Source of the DNA: Octopus sinensis
Taxonomy: Eukaryota
DNA length: 64,000 nt
Assembly: GCF_006345805.1 (NCBI RefSeq)
Contig: NC_043009.1
Location: forward strand, 19,096,001 to 19,160,000
Direction: 5' to 3'
The position numbers and the translations under genes were made by a program. The notes below the pieces were generated by a model. The model did not search any database. It was not told the DNA's origin and saw only the letters and a list, made by a program, of their open reading frames with translations. Shown here piece after piece: positions 23,400 to 36,614 of the stretch (its first letter is position 1; each line of letters begins with the position of its first letter).

Positions 23400-23880
23400 T
23401 GTTGTAGGTATGATAAAAGAAAAGATATCTAGACAACATCTCAGAAGAATTCTCAAAGAAATCCAAAAGATTGTTATGAGAAGTATTGTTCACCACCTTC
23501 GAAAAACCCTAGTAATTTAAATGTTTGTTTTGTATTATATGAATGTATTTCCGTACTACCCAAGTCTTCAATTACATTTCAACATCCCTTAACCTTCATT
23601 TGCCCGAGGGCATGCTTGATTGCATCAAAAATACAGAAGAAAAAAATTATAATTTCCGTGTTTTCGTATCCGTATCAGTTCAATCTTTTGCCAGTTTATG
23701 ATTCCAGCTCTATACCTAAGTGAAGTTATCGCCCATGTATTTACCGCTTAGATATTATTCAATCCAGACAACACCTACTGCATTCTGCGGAAATGTTCTT
23801 CACCTGTTGTTTCATTTTCTTTCTTCATGATTCCATTGAACTATAGAATGCTAGGGTACTTATAACCTTTCTTTTTAATC
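23400..23880 (-). mobile_element. Dong/R4-like LINE fragment
   Basis: NTWAITSLRYRAGIINW, similar to WAVSLLRYGAGVI in the 19620 element. Confidence 0.55.
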
Positions 23881-24114
23881 TGTTTCATTACATCCCTTTT
23901 TGCAAATTGATATACATACTCGCACACATGCATTCATACATACATACATACATAATACATACATGCACACATGCACGCATGGATGCATACATGCATACAT
24001 GCATACATACATACAAACCAGAAAGGAGAAGGCTAATTCGAAGACTACAGATCCAATCCATCATTGGAAATGTAAAAGTCTGTAAAACTTTCCAGAAGTT
24101 TATCATTCAAATAT

Positions 24115-25193
24115 ATGGAAGTGACAAAGGAGCATATACGGCATATTTTGCTTTATGAGTTCAATAAAGGCAACAACGCAACGAAATGTGCGAAGAATAT
24201 TTATGCGGTATATGGGGATCGGAGAATAACCGTAAGCCAGTGTCAACGGTGGTTCAAGAAATTCCGAGCCGGAAACTACAGCCTAGAAGACGATCCTCAT
24301 CCTGAAAGATTTGTAGAGCTCGAGGAGGACGTCCTGTAAACCCTGGTGGAACAAAACCCCATCGTAACTGCTGAGGCACTAATAGAGAAGCTTCGATTTG
24401 GTCATACAATCATTCATCGATAGGTGCGTGCCATCGGAAAAGTCAGCAAATTTGGTCAATCGGTTCCTCACAAACTTTGCGAATCTAATCGCGCGCAGAG
24501 AGTGAATGTGTGTTCTTCTTTGATGTCACGTCTCACGAATGAACCATTTTGGACCGAATAGTGACTGGTGATGAGAAATAGGTTCTCTGTAAAAAAAAAA
24601 ATGTCAAGCGCCGAACATAGTGGGTAGAGAAAGGAGAAACACCGGCAGCCCAGGCTAAAGAAGGTCTTCACCCACATAAGATGTTGTTATCTGTTCGTTG
24701 GGATATGAAAGGTTTAGTCTACTTTGAACTTTTAAACCCAAACCAAACGACAACAAAGAAGATCTACAGCGAGCAGCTTGAGCGACTTAAGTCGGCGCTA
24801 GAAGAAAAACGACCACCTTTGCTTTCAAAACGAAAGGTGTTCTTCCATCAGGATAATGCTCGGCCACATACAGCGAGGATGACATCCCAAAGGCTGGGGC
24901 AGTTTCAATGGGAATTGATGCCCCACCCACCATATTCGCCGGAGATGGCCCCATCTGATTTTCATTTGAACGAGGAAATGTAAATTCTGTAGACGAGGTC
25001 AGAACAGTATACTGGATGAGTATTTTTCGTCACGGACAGGTGAATTTTGGAAGAGGGTCCTTGTAAGTCTACCAGATAAATGGAAGAGCGTTGTAGAAAA
25101 TGAAGGAGAGTATATTTTAAATTAAAAAAGAACTTTATCTTAATTTTGAAAAATAAAAGATAAAAAAAACACATCATTTATGGGATGACCCAA
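24115..25193 (+). mobile_element. Mariner (DD34D) transposon, decayed, 5' TIR lost
   Basis: MEVTKEHIRHILLYEF HTH, IVTGDE, HQDNARPH, HPPYSPEMAPSDFHL; 3' TIR ...tttatgggatgacccaa. Confidence 0.9.
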
Positions 25194-25408
25194 CATATAT
25201 ATATATACACATATTCATATGAAAGATTGGAAGTTTATATTTCTGAGATACCTGTAAGTTGCCTTCCATCAAATTTACATCGGTAGAATAAGTGCCAGTA
25301 ATATATTACACCATACACTAATGAATTACATGCACTATATTGACTTTTGTTGTCGAAATTAAATTACTGTTTTATTAAAATAACAGAATCAAAAAACTTA
25401 ATCCTACC

Positions 25409-25440
25409 TTAGCGTTCTTTAACTTCTTTCAGATTTTGAG
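25409..25440 (-). CDS. PAN gene candidate exon 7 ([10 protein letters not shown]), with a donor 1 nt after the stop
   Basis: Very strong acceptor tctgtcttctccccttttttctttag, donor AAG|gtagga after 25408, phase compatible with exon 6. Confidence 0.55.
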
Positions 25441-26932
25441 CTAAAGAAAAAAGGGGAGAAGACAGACGATATTATAATGACAATGGTTGGATATTTTACT
25501 GAAAAATTAAAGCAAACTTAAGAATCTTTCAACTATTAAGCCTTTAGAATATATAGATATACTGGCATTATGACCCGGCGTTGCCGGGTCATAGTGCTAG
25601 TTTGGTATAAATTTGTTAAATTAAAAATTTGGGGTAATAAAACATACAATGACATTAAAAAGACGAATTAAAATTCCAGAGAAAAATACATAGAAGATAA
25701 ATATACAAATTTACAAAAATACATAAAAGTTCATCTAGTTTCGGAGATGCGCCAATTAATATGAAACATATATATTTAAGATTGACACTCCCCTCGTCAG
25801 GATGTTTTTTACACACAACACATAGTACACGGAAACATATGCACAATTACATACCGGCTACATGCGAAAGACCAAACATTACGTACTCCCAAAAATTGTT
25901 ATAGATACTGAATGCTACTTAATAAGCATATAATTTAATCTAGCAGCCATAGTAAATGGTATGTGCACAGCTCCATCTGGGCTAATTCACTTTTGCACTC
26001 AATTAAATTTTTAATCTTTTAATTTCTCCCATTCATGCAAAGCCACATATTCGAGTTCAAGTCCTTGATACATTTTATACTAATTGCTATTTTTTCTTTT
26101 AATTGTTATATTACGATTTAATTACTATACTTTAGTTTTATTTTAATTATCACTTACTATATTTACTATATCTAATTCAATTGTTATTATTACCTCTAAC
26201 TTTTATTGCTATTTTTATTTCTAAATTTACTTATGGAACGTCGAGTGGATCTTATGCATACACTATATTTTTATATGATGTTTATATATTTATATACTAG
26301 CAGTATCGCCCGGCGTTGCTCGGGTTTGTAAGGGAAATAACTATATAAGCATTTTTAGAGATGTAAAGTATAATAGCCATCTCAATATGGCTAACCACAA
26401 AGGGGGGGGGTTACTGTAGATTTTTACGTTCTGAGATTTAATAATACATTTTTAGGGAGTTACTTCCCTTATATATGCCAAAAGTGCATTAAAAATGGGA
26501 AAAATTGATGGTAAATTTTTTTTTAAATCGTAGACTCATCGTAGACGCGCGCTAATACCCAGAAGGGCTCGATATGAATCACGACTATAAGATACCCGGT
26601 TTTGGTTAAACTACACCGCAAAATGTGGGAGTAGTTAGGAATTTAAATCGTAGGAGACAGACAGCACACAACCTCACTTTTATATATAAAGATTACTATA
26701 TATTTCTAAACGTCGGGCTTTATATCTGTTCTGTAGATATAAATGAATATATGAATATATGTATGTATTTGATCTTTCAGTGGATTTTGTAGTGCTCTTG
26801 TAGTTGCTGCTCGCATTGCCTCCAATCGGATTAAAAATTGTATACAGCTCATTTGAGCACTACTATTCCAGTCTGTTATATATTTTGAGCGTTGTTGTCA
26901 CTAACGATCTCAAGATATAACTTTATATTTTG

Positions 26933-26984
<52 letters not shown>

Positions 26985-27195
26985 ATATACATACAATAGA
27001 GAGATGTTTTTGTTTCACTTTTAACACGTAATACTGAAATAGTGGAGAAGATATGATATTGCTGGGGGCTCGCCCTAGGCAAGAACTTGAACATTTTTAT
27101 TGCCCATGAAACTACATGGACTCTAAGTAAGGCATGTGTAAAATTTGAATCAAATTGGTTGTGTAGTTCTCAAGTTTTAGGGAAACACGCAGACA

Positions 27196-27241
<46 letters not shown>

Positions 27242-30200
27242 TTCTCAGTTTTATATAAAGAGAGATTAAAAGCAGTTTTATTGTGATACCGATATGAATA
27301 TATTTTCAGCCGGGCTATCACCCATCGAGCTTAGAGAAACCACAACACTGACAGAAACACAATTTCCTGAAAGGTTATACTATGCAGCCAATGCACAGTA
27401 GACTTTTTATTGTATATCCAATAAAGCAATGGGTATACAGAGGGTCAGTAAGCTGAAAGAGAAAATGGTTTCATACATGTACGATATACAGGATTAATTA
27501 GCCGTAAGAGCACCCAATAAAAGCAATATTTCATCTGCCTGGCCAGCTTGTTAGAAATAATTAGTAGCTTCTCTATATGCGACCAAATCACCAATGAGGG
27601 AAGATGTCACAAAAACATAGCAAGTTAGAGTAAGGGTGAAATGGGAAAGGTTCAGTGAACTATTACATCGACAGGAGTTAAAAGTTGTCTTTGAGAAACT
27701 CCGACATCAAAAGAGAGACAAACAATAAAGAAAAAGTTTAACCGGAACCATGCAACAGTGTAGACAGGCATTAAAGCAGAAGCAGTGGACATCATAGGAG
27801 CTCCTCCTTCGCGAGAAGACTTAGACACTCTTTCTGGAGGAAAATTTGCATCGAAGGGATAGAGTTTAAGCAAGATGTTCTGTTTCTGGAAGAAATTCGA
27901 AAACGTTATTGTCCCTGCATTATACCCAAGACATACAGCATTGATGGTGATACCCTTATGACTGTAATCTAGAAACTTCAAGATAGAAAAGCACCTGGAA
28001 GAGACTTGATTGTTGGATATTGGTACAAGCTAACTTTCTACCGACCATATTTTATCAACTTATACCAGTAAACACTCAATGGTAATATTAGCATACCAGA
28101 TTAGTTAGCTCTGGCAGACACAAACTGATTCCCAAATGCAGAACCACCCACATGACAAAAACTACTGGCCAATTGCATGCCAGAACTTAATGTATAAAGT
28201 GTAAATAGCATGTTTAAACCTCTTCGACCAAGGCCATTGTGAAAGTAATAACATCATCACAGCAGAACAAGCAGCTGGGAAGAAGGGAGTCTTGTAAATA
28301 AACAAAACTGTAATGTCAGAGGTGCGGAAGCATAGAAGGAACCTAGTTTCAATATGGCTAGACTGCAATAAAGCCTTTGACTTTGACCCCACTTATGGAT
28401 GCTAGAAGCCTTTCAACTTGCTAAAGTTCCAGTGAACATAGTCAAAGCCACAGCTGACATGAATAATCGTGGGTCACCATCTTGAAATTAAACACGAGGA
28501 GTGATTATATTATCACTGATAGAATATTCCAAGGGGACAGCCTCTCTGGGATGTTGTTTACACTTTCTGTAAACCCCATGTCATGAGGCTGATAACATAC
28601 ATAGATTGATAACTTCATAAGACTTGGAAAGTAGTTTCTTGAGCAGCATTTGCTGTCTGACAACCTTAAATACATATCCAAAGACGTCACACGACTCTAC
28701 CGCAATTTATCATCAGATGAAAAGATGAGCGTGTATCAGCAGAAGATCAGGCATGGATATGTTAATAGAACGCTCCGAGATGATAGTAACATTAATCATC
28801 AAAGCAGTTTATCATAGATGAATAACCAGGAACAGGAAATATAATTCAGGAAAAGATGCAAAATGAAACAACCGATGCAGGCTTTGTGGAGTTAACACTG
28901 AAGATATCATCCACATCGTAAGCAGTTGTCCAAAAGTGTCATAAGACATGATGTTGTATATACAGCATGTTTAAACCTCTTCTTCATGTCATGAAACATG
29001 ATGTTGTAGCTAGGACACTATATAATGAGATCTGTCGGAAGGATAAACGCGAAACCAAAGGAATAAGACCCCGCAATATGGTGAAAGCCATAGCTACTCA
29101 TAATAAAAATGAGTACTGGTGGAATGTCCCAGTGAAAACATCAATAAAATGTAAACATAATAGACCTGACGTAATGGGACAGAGAAGAGAAACTGTGTAC
29201 CGTTGTGGAAATCAGCTACCCAACGGATGTTAACGTAAAGCTAAAGATCAGTGAAAAAGAAAATACACTGAACTATTGGAAAAATTGCAGTTACTCTATC
29301 GAGATTAAAAGTTCAATTAGATACCTGTAATTATTACGGCACTGAGATATGCAACACACTGCCTAAATATCAATCTTGAGAAATTAGGCTTCTCAAAACT
29401 AGAAAGGAGAAAGCTGATGCGAAAACTATAGATTCAATCCATTACTGGAACTATAAAAATCTGTAAAACTTTCTGGAAGTTTATCATTTAAGTATATATG
29501 ATCATGTACAGATATGCAGGTATATGCATGAAAATGATTACATAAAACGAAACAAATCTGTACATATACACACATACATACATACATGTACTTGAAATTC
29601 CAATGAAAGAGCCTTGGATCTAGGTTAGAAATCAGATGTTTCTCTAAGACATCTTGAAATAAAACTGAATAATCACGTACATACATACATTACATACATA
29701 CATACATTACATACATAACATACATACATACATTACATACAAACATACATACACATTTCATTTGCTAAATGCAGGATTCAGTGAATTTGGTAATTTTACA
29801 TTGATGAGTCTATAAACGTACAGTATATGTTTTAACTTTTCTAACAAAATAAGACATGCATTCTTAATTCACTTATGTTGATGGGGATGTAAAACCAATA
29901 TAGCTTATCGAATTTGTCCGAGCATGACAATAATTCAAAATACGATTCAACTTCATCTCTCAACCAGTCATCCTTGTGAAATTTAATTTTCATCTATTTT
30001 CAAGGGTAATTCACACAGAAACACGCACTCACATACACAGACACAGACACTCCCTAAACTAATATACATGCGAACAATTTTGTTTCTCAGCATATTTGTA
30101 ACTTTTCGTATCTTTTTACTTGTTTCAGTCATTAGACTGCAGCCATGCTGGGGCACCGCCTTGAAGAGTTTTTAGTCGAATGTATTAACACCAGTACTTA

Positions 30201-30504
30201 TGTTTTAAAGCCTGGTACTTATTTTATTGGCATCTTTTGCCGAACCGCTAAGTTACAGGACGTAAACATACCAGCACCGGTCGTCAAGCGGTGATAGTGG
30301 GACAAACACAGACACAAAGACACGCGCGCCACGCACATGCACACACAAACACACTCATATAGTTTGTGTCTACCAAATCGACTCACAAGACTTTGGTTGG
30401 CCTGGGGCTATAGAAGAAGACATGTGCCTAAAGTGCCATGCAGTGGGACTGAACCCGAAACCACACTGCCACGCCTGCGTATAAAATGAATTAATAAAAT
30501 AATC

Positions 30505-30574
<70 letters not shown>

Positions 30575-33500
30575 CGTAAAATTCTTTTCCCTATAGCATG
30601 GCGACGGGAAACTAAAATAAACGACCCGAAGTATTTTGTTGCTTACAAAGAAATATAAAATTGTTTCTAAAACAAATACTCACATCCGTTTATTTCGTAG
30701 AAGTTCCAGTAATGTATACTTGGTTTTAAAGTAAAATCAAAATGTGTTACATTGGCTATATCACATTTTCTGTTTGAATGCTTGTATTCAACTGCCTCAC
30801 AAGCCTTTGTTTCCACACAGCGATCCAAACACTCTTTCAGTGAACCACGTGTAGTTGGGTAATAGTCGTAACCGTTGATGCTAGCTCCTAGTATGATGTT
30901 CATAGTACCACGTTCTGCAGTTGAGGAAAACATTAATGAAAAGAATTGCATCGTTGATGGCTAAAATAAACCAAAATATTACTATCGAAGACAAAGGTAC
31001 TCACACACCAAAGATTCTATCAGCAATTAAAGGAACAATTAATTTACATTCATTTACCAGTTTAGACAATCATAAATCATTTTATGAATAACAATTTCAT
31101 TACATCTGTTCTTAACTGAAGAAACGCTTAACAAATCAGGCGGTTAAGAAATAAAGTTTGATAGATAGACCTTGCTGAAGCTGGTAAAAATCTCGGTTTC
31201 GGGTAGGACGCACAATTTTCACTTTGGAGGCGTCGTCAGATAAAAGTATGCAGGTCGGACCATTTTTGGTATCATGTTCAAACGCGATACAATTCTTAGT
31301 TAACAAGCAAGTTGTGGCACATGTTTCTACATCATATTCTTTTATGTATTTGAATCTGTTGCCATCTCTAAGATAAGCATCTGGTACTCTCAAGAACATC
31401 CTTATGCTGGGCACTGTGAAAAGAAAACACCACAAATTTAGTATTACTCGCTTCAGGAAATATAAATATAAAACTAATTTGAATGCATACATATTTCTAT
31501 CTCTAAGTAGAGGTAAAAAAACTGATACTAGTTACTTAATGAAGCATTAGATTAATACAAGAGAATAAAGGTAATTTTAATGTGTGTTTCTCAAGAAAAG
31601 TGAAATCGTTGAAACGAGAATCGAAACTGGGTAAGGATTTAACTTGTTGCGAGTTTACTCATTGCACCCTCTCTCTATACTTTATATATAAATTTTATAA
31701 AGTTTTCACGATGTACCATCCAGTTTTAAGGAGTTGGTACTGTAAGTATATGGACATAGTACCGTTTTCTCGATTAAAATGTGAGTTCGTATATGGTCGG
31801 TGTGCTACTGATAAAATATTGCGTTTCAGTTATTTAAGTTAGAGGGAAAAATTTGACTTAACGGAAGATCAAGTCAAGAAGAAATTTATGCTCTCCAAAG
31901 TAGATTCTACTCTTGACACAATAAGGGCAGCCGTGGCAAAAGCTCCAGCAGAATCTGCTCTAAGATAACCATGGACTTCGTACAAGATATACAAAGAAAA
32001 ACTGTCTCGGACGATATGAAAGGAGAAACAGGAAACCTGTCTCCGGGAAGTTTCTTTTTTCTGGAAGAACAAACTCAACAGGATTCCACAAGATTCACCA
32101 GTTCTCCCAATTAAATGACGAAAGGTAAACTTCTGGTCTGTCATTGCCAAATGATCAACACCATATCTGTTCGCTAATGAGCATGTTGACAAAAGTTTAT
32201 AAATGCGAGGTTCCAAGATACTTTGGATGTCTTGAGCATATATCAGCAATCACCCAGACCATCAGAGAAGCAAAAAAGAGCTACAGCATACTCTCAGTAG
32301 TATGATTAGATCTGACCAAAGCCTACCCAAGTATGATCCACCAATTAATTCAGAGACCATTGAAGTAGGCAAGCTGATGCCTTGGAAAGAGTTACAACAG
32401 CAACGTCAAAGACACCATGACTCAACTAAACAATTGACTTAGAGCAGCCGATGATAACCAGCTACTCCGACGTTTTAAGGAATAGTTTTTCCAGTAAGGC
32501 ATCATACTCAGACTGCAAGGCTTATTCCTGCTACATCGTCATACAAAGGGAAACAATGGAAATATTGTACAATGAATTTGTGCAGAGTTGGCTAAGTTCC
32601 AGTTCGGTCTGCTTGTATGACAAAACCTCAACTGATAGAGGAATAATTCAAGCTACACGTAACGTAAGAGGAATTAGTTCATTTCCACAGTCTGAGGATG
32701 AGAAAGTCAGATACGTCAATAGATCATAAAGAGTGGAAGTGAGAGCCCCTGGAAGTTGTGAAGGAAGTTGAAACATATGGAAGCAGCAAGAGATTTGGGT
32801 AGGCAGTCAAGAAGTGTAGGACTTAGCAAATGCAGCATCAAGAGGTGGAGCAGTGGAAATAGCTGATACAATTGAAGGCCCATAGTACAGTGTGTCTTGA
32901 GGCATCAGAATAAGATCGTCATGAGAAAAAATTAGGGATTGTCTGTTAGGGGCAGGGAATGCAAGGAGACCAAGCACTCAAGCGACTGTTTCGGAGAAAA
33001 TACTGAAGAACACTCAGCAGGAAAAGTTGTCCTTGCTGCTGTGCGCTGTAGCCGACGTCTTGCAAGCCTCAAATAACGTTAAAATCCGGAATAATGCGGA
33101 CACATTCTGAAAGCTGTGTGAGAAAACTCTTTACACTATGAACCACATTTTGAGTGAATGTCCAAGATCACTGGCTGATACAAGTGAAGGAACAATAATG
33201 TATTTCCAGAAGTTGCCAAGAGGATAGACCAGAGAGCAACAGGGATTAACAAAAAAAGAATCAGCTTCCAAAGAGAACACGATACGTCTTCTTAATCAAA
33301 GTAGCTGTGGGTGACCCATTTTCTATTTTGTATCAAACCTCTGACTGAAGATCTGAAAGGAAAACTCATCCTTTCTGAAACAGAAAAACAGACAATAACA
33401 TCGTCCCAACCATATATGTTCTTTCTATTTAGTACAAAAACGATCATCGTGGTCAAACTCAATATTTTAAGAGGACAAGCTGGATATTTCACACTAACTG

Positions 33501-34572
33501 AAGAAAGCCATATACCGGATTTGATTAAGGAGTCAAAAGATGGCGTGGAGTTTAATCCCTATTGATATCGACTGCTGTAGTTGACAAGAGACCGCAGATG
33601 AAGCCCTTCCGCGGATGAAAGTTGATTCAGTACACGCTGCTCACTAAGGTGAGGGTTAGGGGCATAACTAAGGGATATAGCGCTTGTGATCCAGAGATGC
33701 CTGTTAAAGATGAGGTCTTTCCAACACTGCGATTGCTTTTGTCACAATCAAGAGAATGATCGTGCGACATCATTAAGTAGCTTCCGCGGTCTCTGCTTAG
33801 GGCAAGGTTCAGTCTGGTTTGCATTTGCATTTGATAATTGATGAATAACTGAATATTACATTTTAATATCATTTTAAAGGAGTGCAATTAATAACAGAAG
33901 CTTTAAACTCTCAAAACTTGCCTTACACGCAATATCTCCTTTCAGGTCAAAAACACAAGTCTTAGTAATATAGCTGATCGATTAAAACGACCAAACCACT
34001 TTCCGACAAATTTGTGAAATTATAGCTATGTAAAAACATCAATATTTTACAGAAAAGCAGTGAAGCTTGCACTCAATGTAAAAATTAAAAGCACTGACAT
34101 TTATTTTTGTCAACTTACTCCATTTTAGGCACATAAAATATTGTTAATAAATATGCAACCCACTTCAAGGTTTATTATTTTTGAGTGTAGTACTCACCAT
34201 CATTCAAACTGTAATAATCCCATCTATGAATACTGGCTGTGAGACTTTTGTCTTTATGATTTAAATCGGTCAAATCACATCGTCTTTGTTCAACTTTATA
34301 TTCAAACATTTTGCAGTTTTTCAATTGTTTGCAGTGTGCAGCACATCTATCGGCACTTATATCATCAAGTTTATCGAGATGGTCATATTTGTCGATAGTG
34401 GCTCCTTTTACAACAACCATTTTACCTTTATCTAGAAGATATTAAAGTAAATTTGATTACATACAATACTGAAACTTTAAAAGAATTTCGAAACGATTCA
34501 TCGTTTTCATTTTCATATGTTCCTTGAAAGAAATATTTCCACATCTTTGTCTGCTTTTATGTATTAACTTCA

Positions 34573-34651
<79 letters not shown>

Positions 34652-36485
34652 AAGAGAATACACTTGTATGAATATATCAGGATGAGTAAAAAGTAAGCAA
34701 CGTTTTGAAACATGAAATTCATCACAATATATTTCAACAACGCGGAAATTGTATTCATCAAAGTAAGTACCATTACAATCAATGAGTTACAAGTTTGTTT
34801 ATTCCGGTGATATATCAATCTGGAATTCTGGAGCTGATGAACTCCTTGAACGCACTTTCAACAATGGTTTGATTTTTGAACTTCTCTCGCAGGGAACCAT
34901 CAAAGTAATTGAAAAAGTAGTCGTCTAGGGAATAAGCTGGATGGGGGAAGAACTTCATAGCCAAGTTCCCTCAACCTCTGGAGCATCATTAGTGAAACGT
35001 GTAGTCAAGCATTGCCATGAAGAACGATTGGCTCTCTTCTGCTGACCAGTCTGGAACGCAGGTGTAGCAGTTTTTCGTTCATTTTGGTAATTTCATGGCA
35101 ATATGTTTCTGCAGTAATGTTTTTTCTGGGTTTTAAGAAGTTATAGTGGATGAGTCCAGCAGTACACCACCCAACAGTCACCATAACCTTTGAAGAGCTT
35201 GGATTTAGGGAAGGTTTCCGGTGCTTCATTTTTGTCTAAAATTATTAGTGTACAGAATCCACTTTCATCGCAAGTTACAATACGGTCGAAAGAAGGAGCG
35301 GTCCGGTTACAGAGAAGCGACAAACAAATTTCATATCTGCGCATTTTCTGATTTTCATTCAAATCGTGTGGTACTCATTTGGCGAACTTCTTTGATTTTC
35401 CGATCGCATGCAAATGATCGCAGGCAATTTCTGGCTAACTTGAAGTTCTTTTGCCAGTTCTCGAGTAGTTTTACGTGGATCTTTCTCGACGGTCTATAAT
35501 TGACCGTCATCGATGACAAAAAAGGCGTCCACTACGCTCATGATCTTGAAGGCTCAGGTTTCCACCGCGAAAGCGTTTAAAACATTTTCGAGCTGACCGC
35601 TCACTGGTCATTTCCTTACCAGACGTTTCGTTGATATCGCGAGCAGTTTCAACTGCTTTACGTCCTTTATTGAAGTTGAATAGCGAAATTGCTCGAATAT
35701 CGCGCTGTGACACTTCCATTTCAGATGAATGTAACAACGGTGAAAAATATATCAATGTTAATTTATTGATGCATTTGGGCAAGTCTATGTCTGTATTATC
35801 AGACAACTGCAAAAAAATGTTTAGAAAAAATCCAAAGCTCTGCAAAAATCCGGTACAAATTCTTCATGGTTCAAAACATTGCTTACTTTTTACTCAACCT
35901 GATATATTTATTGTTTTATATATTTATGTTTTATATAAGTTTTATTCATACGTATATCAGTGTAATGGTTAAAAAGAAATTATGTCTACTTCTGCGCAGA
36001 ATGCCGAATGTTAGAATCGGTAGATTACTATTTCAAATAAATTGTAACTATATTTTTCGTGATTACATTATTGTAGTTCAATAATTTTGTTGGTTTTTAT
36101 TTCTTTTTAATCTTAATAATAGGAAATAACTTTCAGTCGATTGTGATTAGTTTTTAGCTAGTTTCTGTTTTATTGTCTGAAATACAATCTAATTCGCCAG
36201 TTTACTGTACTGGACAATAGATATCGGATAAACTTCCGGAAGGAATTGTATTTGCTATTTGGTTGTATGATGTTGTTAACTTGTCTTACTTTCCGTCATT
36301 ATACAGATCTTATAGGCGCAGGAGTGGCTGTGTGGTAAGTAGCTTGCTTACCAACCACATGGTTCCGCGTTCAGTTCCACTGTGTGGCACCTTAGACAAA
36401 TGTCTTCCACTATAGCCTTGAGCCGACCAAAGCCTTGTGAGAGGATTTGGTTGATGGAAACTGAAAGAAGCCCGTCGTATATATG

Positions 36486-36563
<78 letters not shown>

Positions 36564-36583
36564 TGTGTGTTTTTTTTGTGTGT

Positions 36584-36614
<31 letters not shown>

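Noticed and set aside
29760-29840. Alternative acceptor after PAN exon 6 giving an immediate split TAA stop
   Set aside because: Possible, but its signals are weaker than the 25440 micro-exon; unresolved without RNA data
30541-30641. In-phase exon candidate directly after PAN exon 6 ([11 protein letters not shown]...)
   Set aside because: It would need a 42-nt intron, shorter than is usual, and runs into a TA repeat
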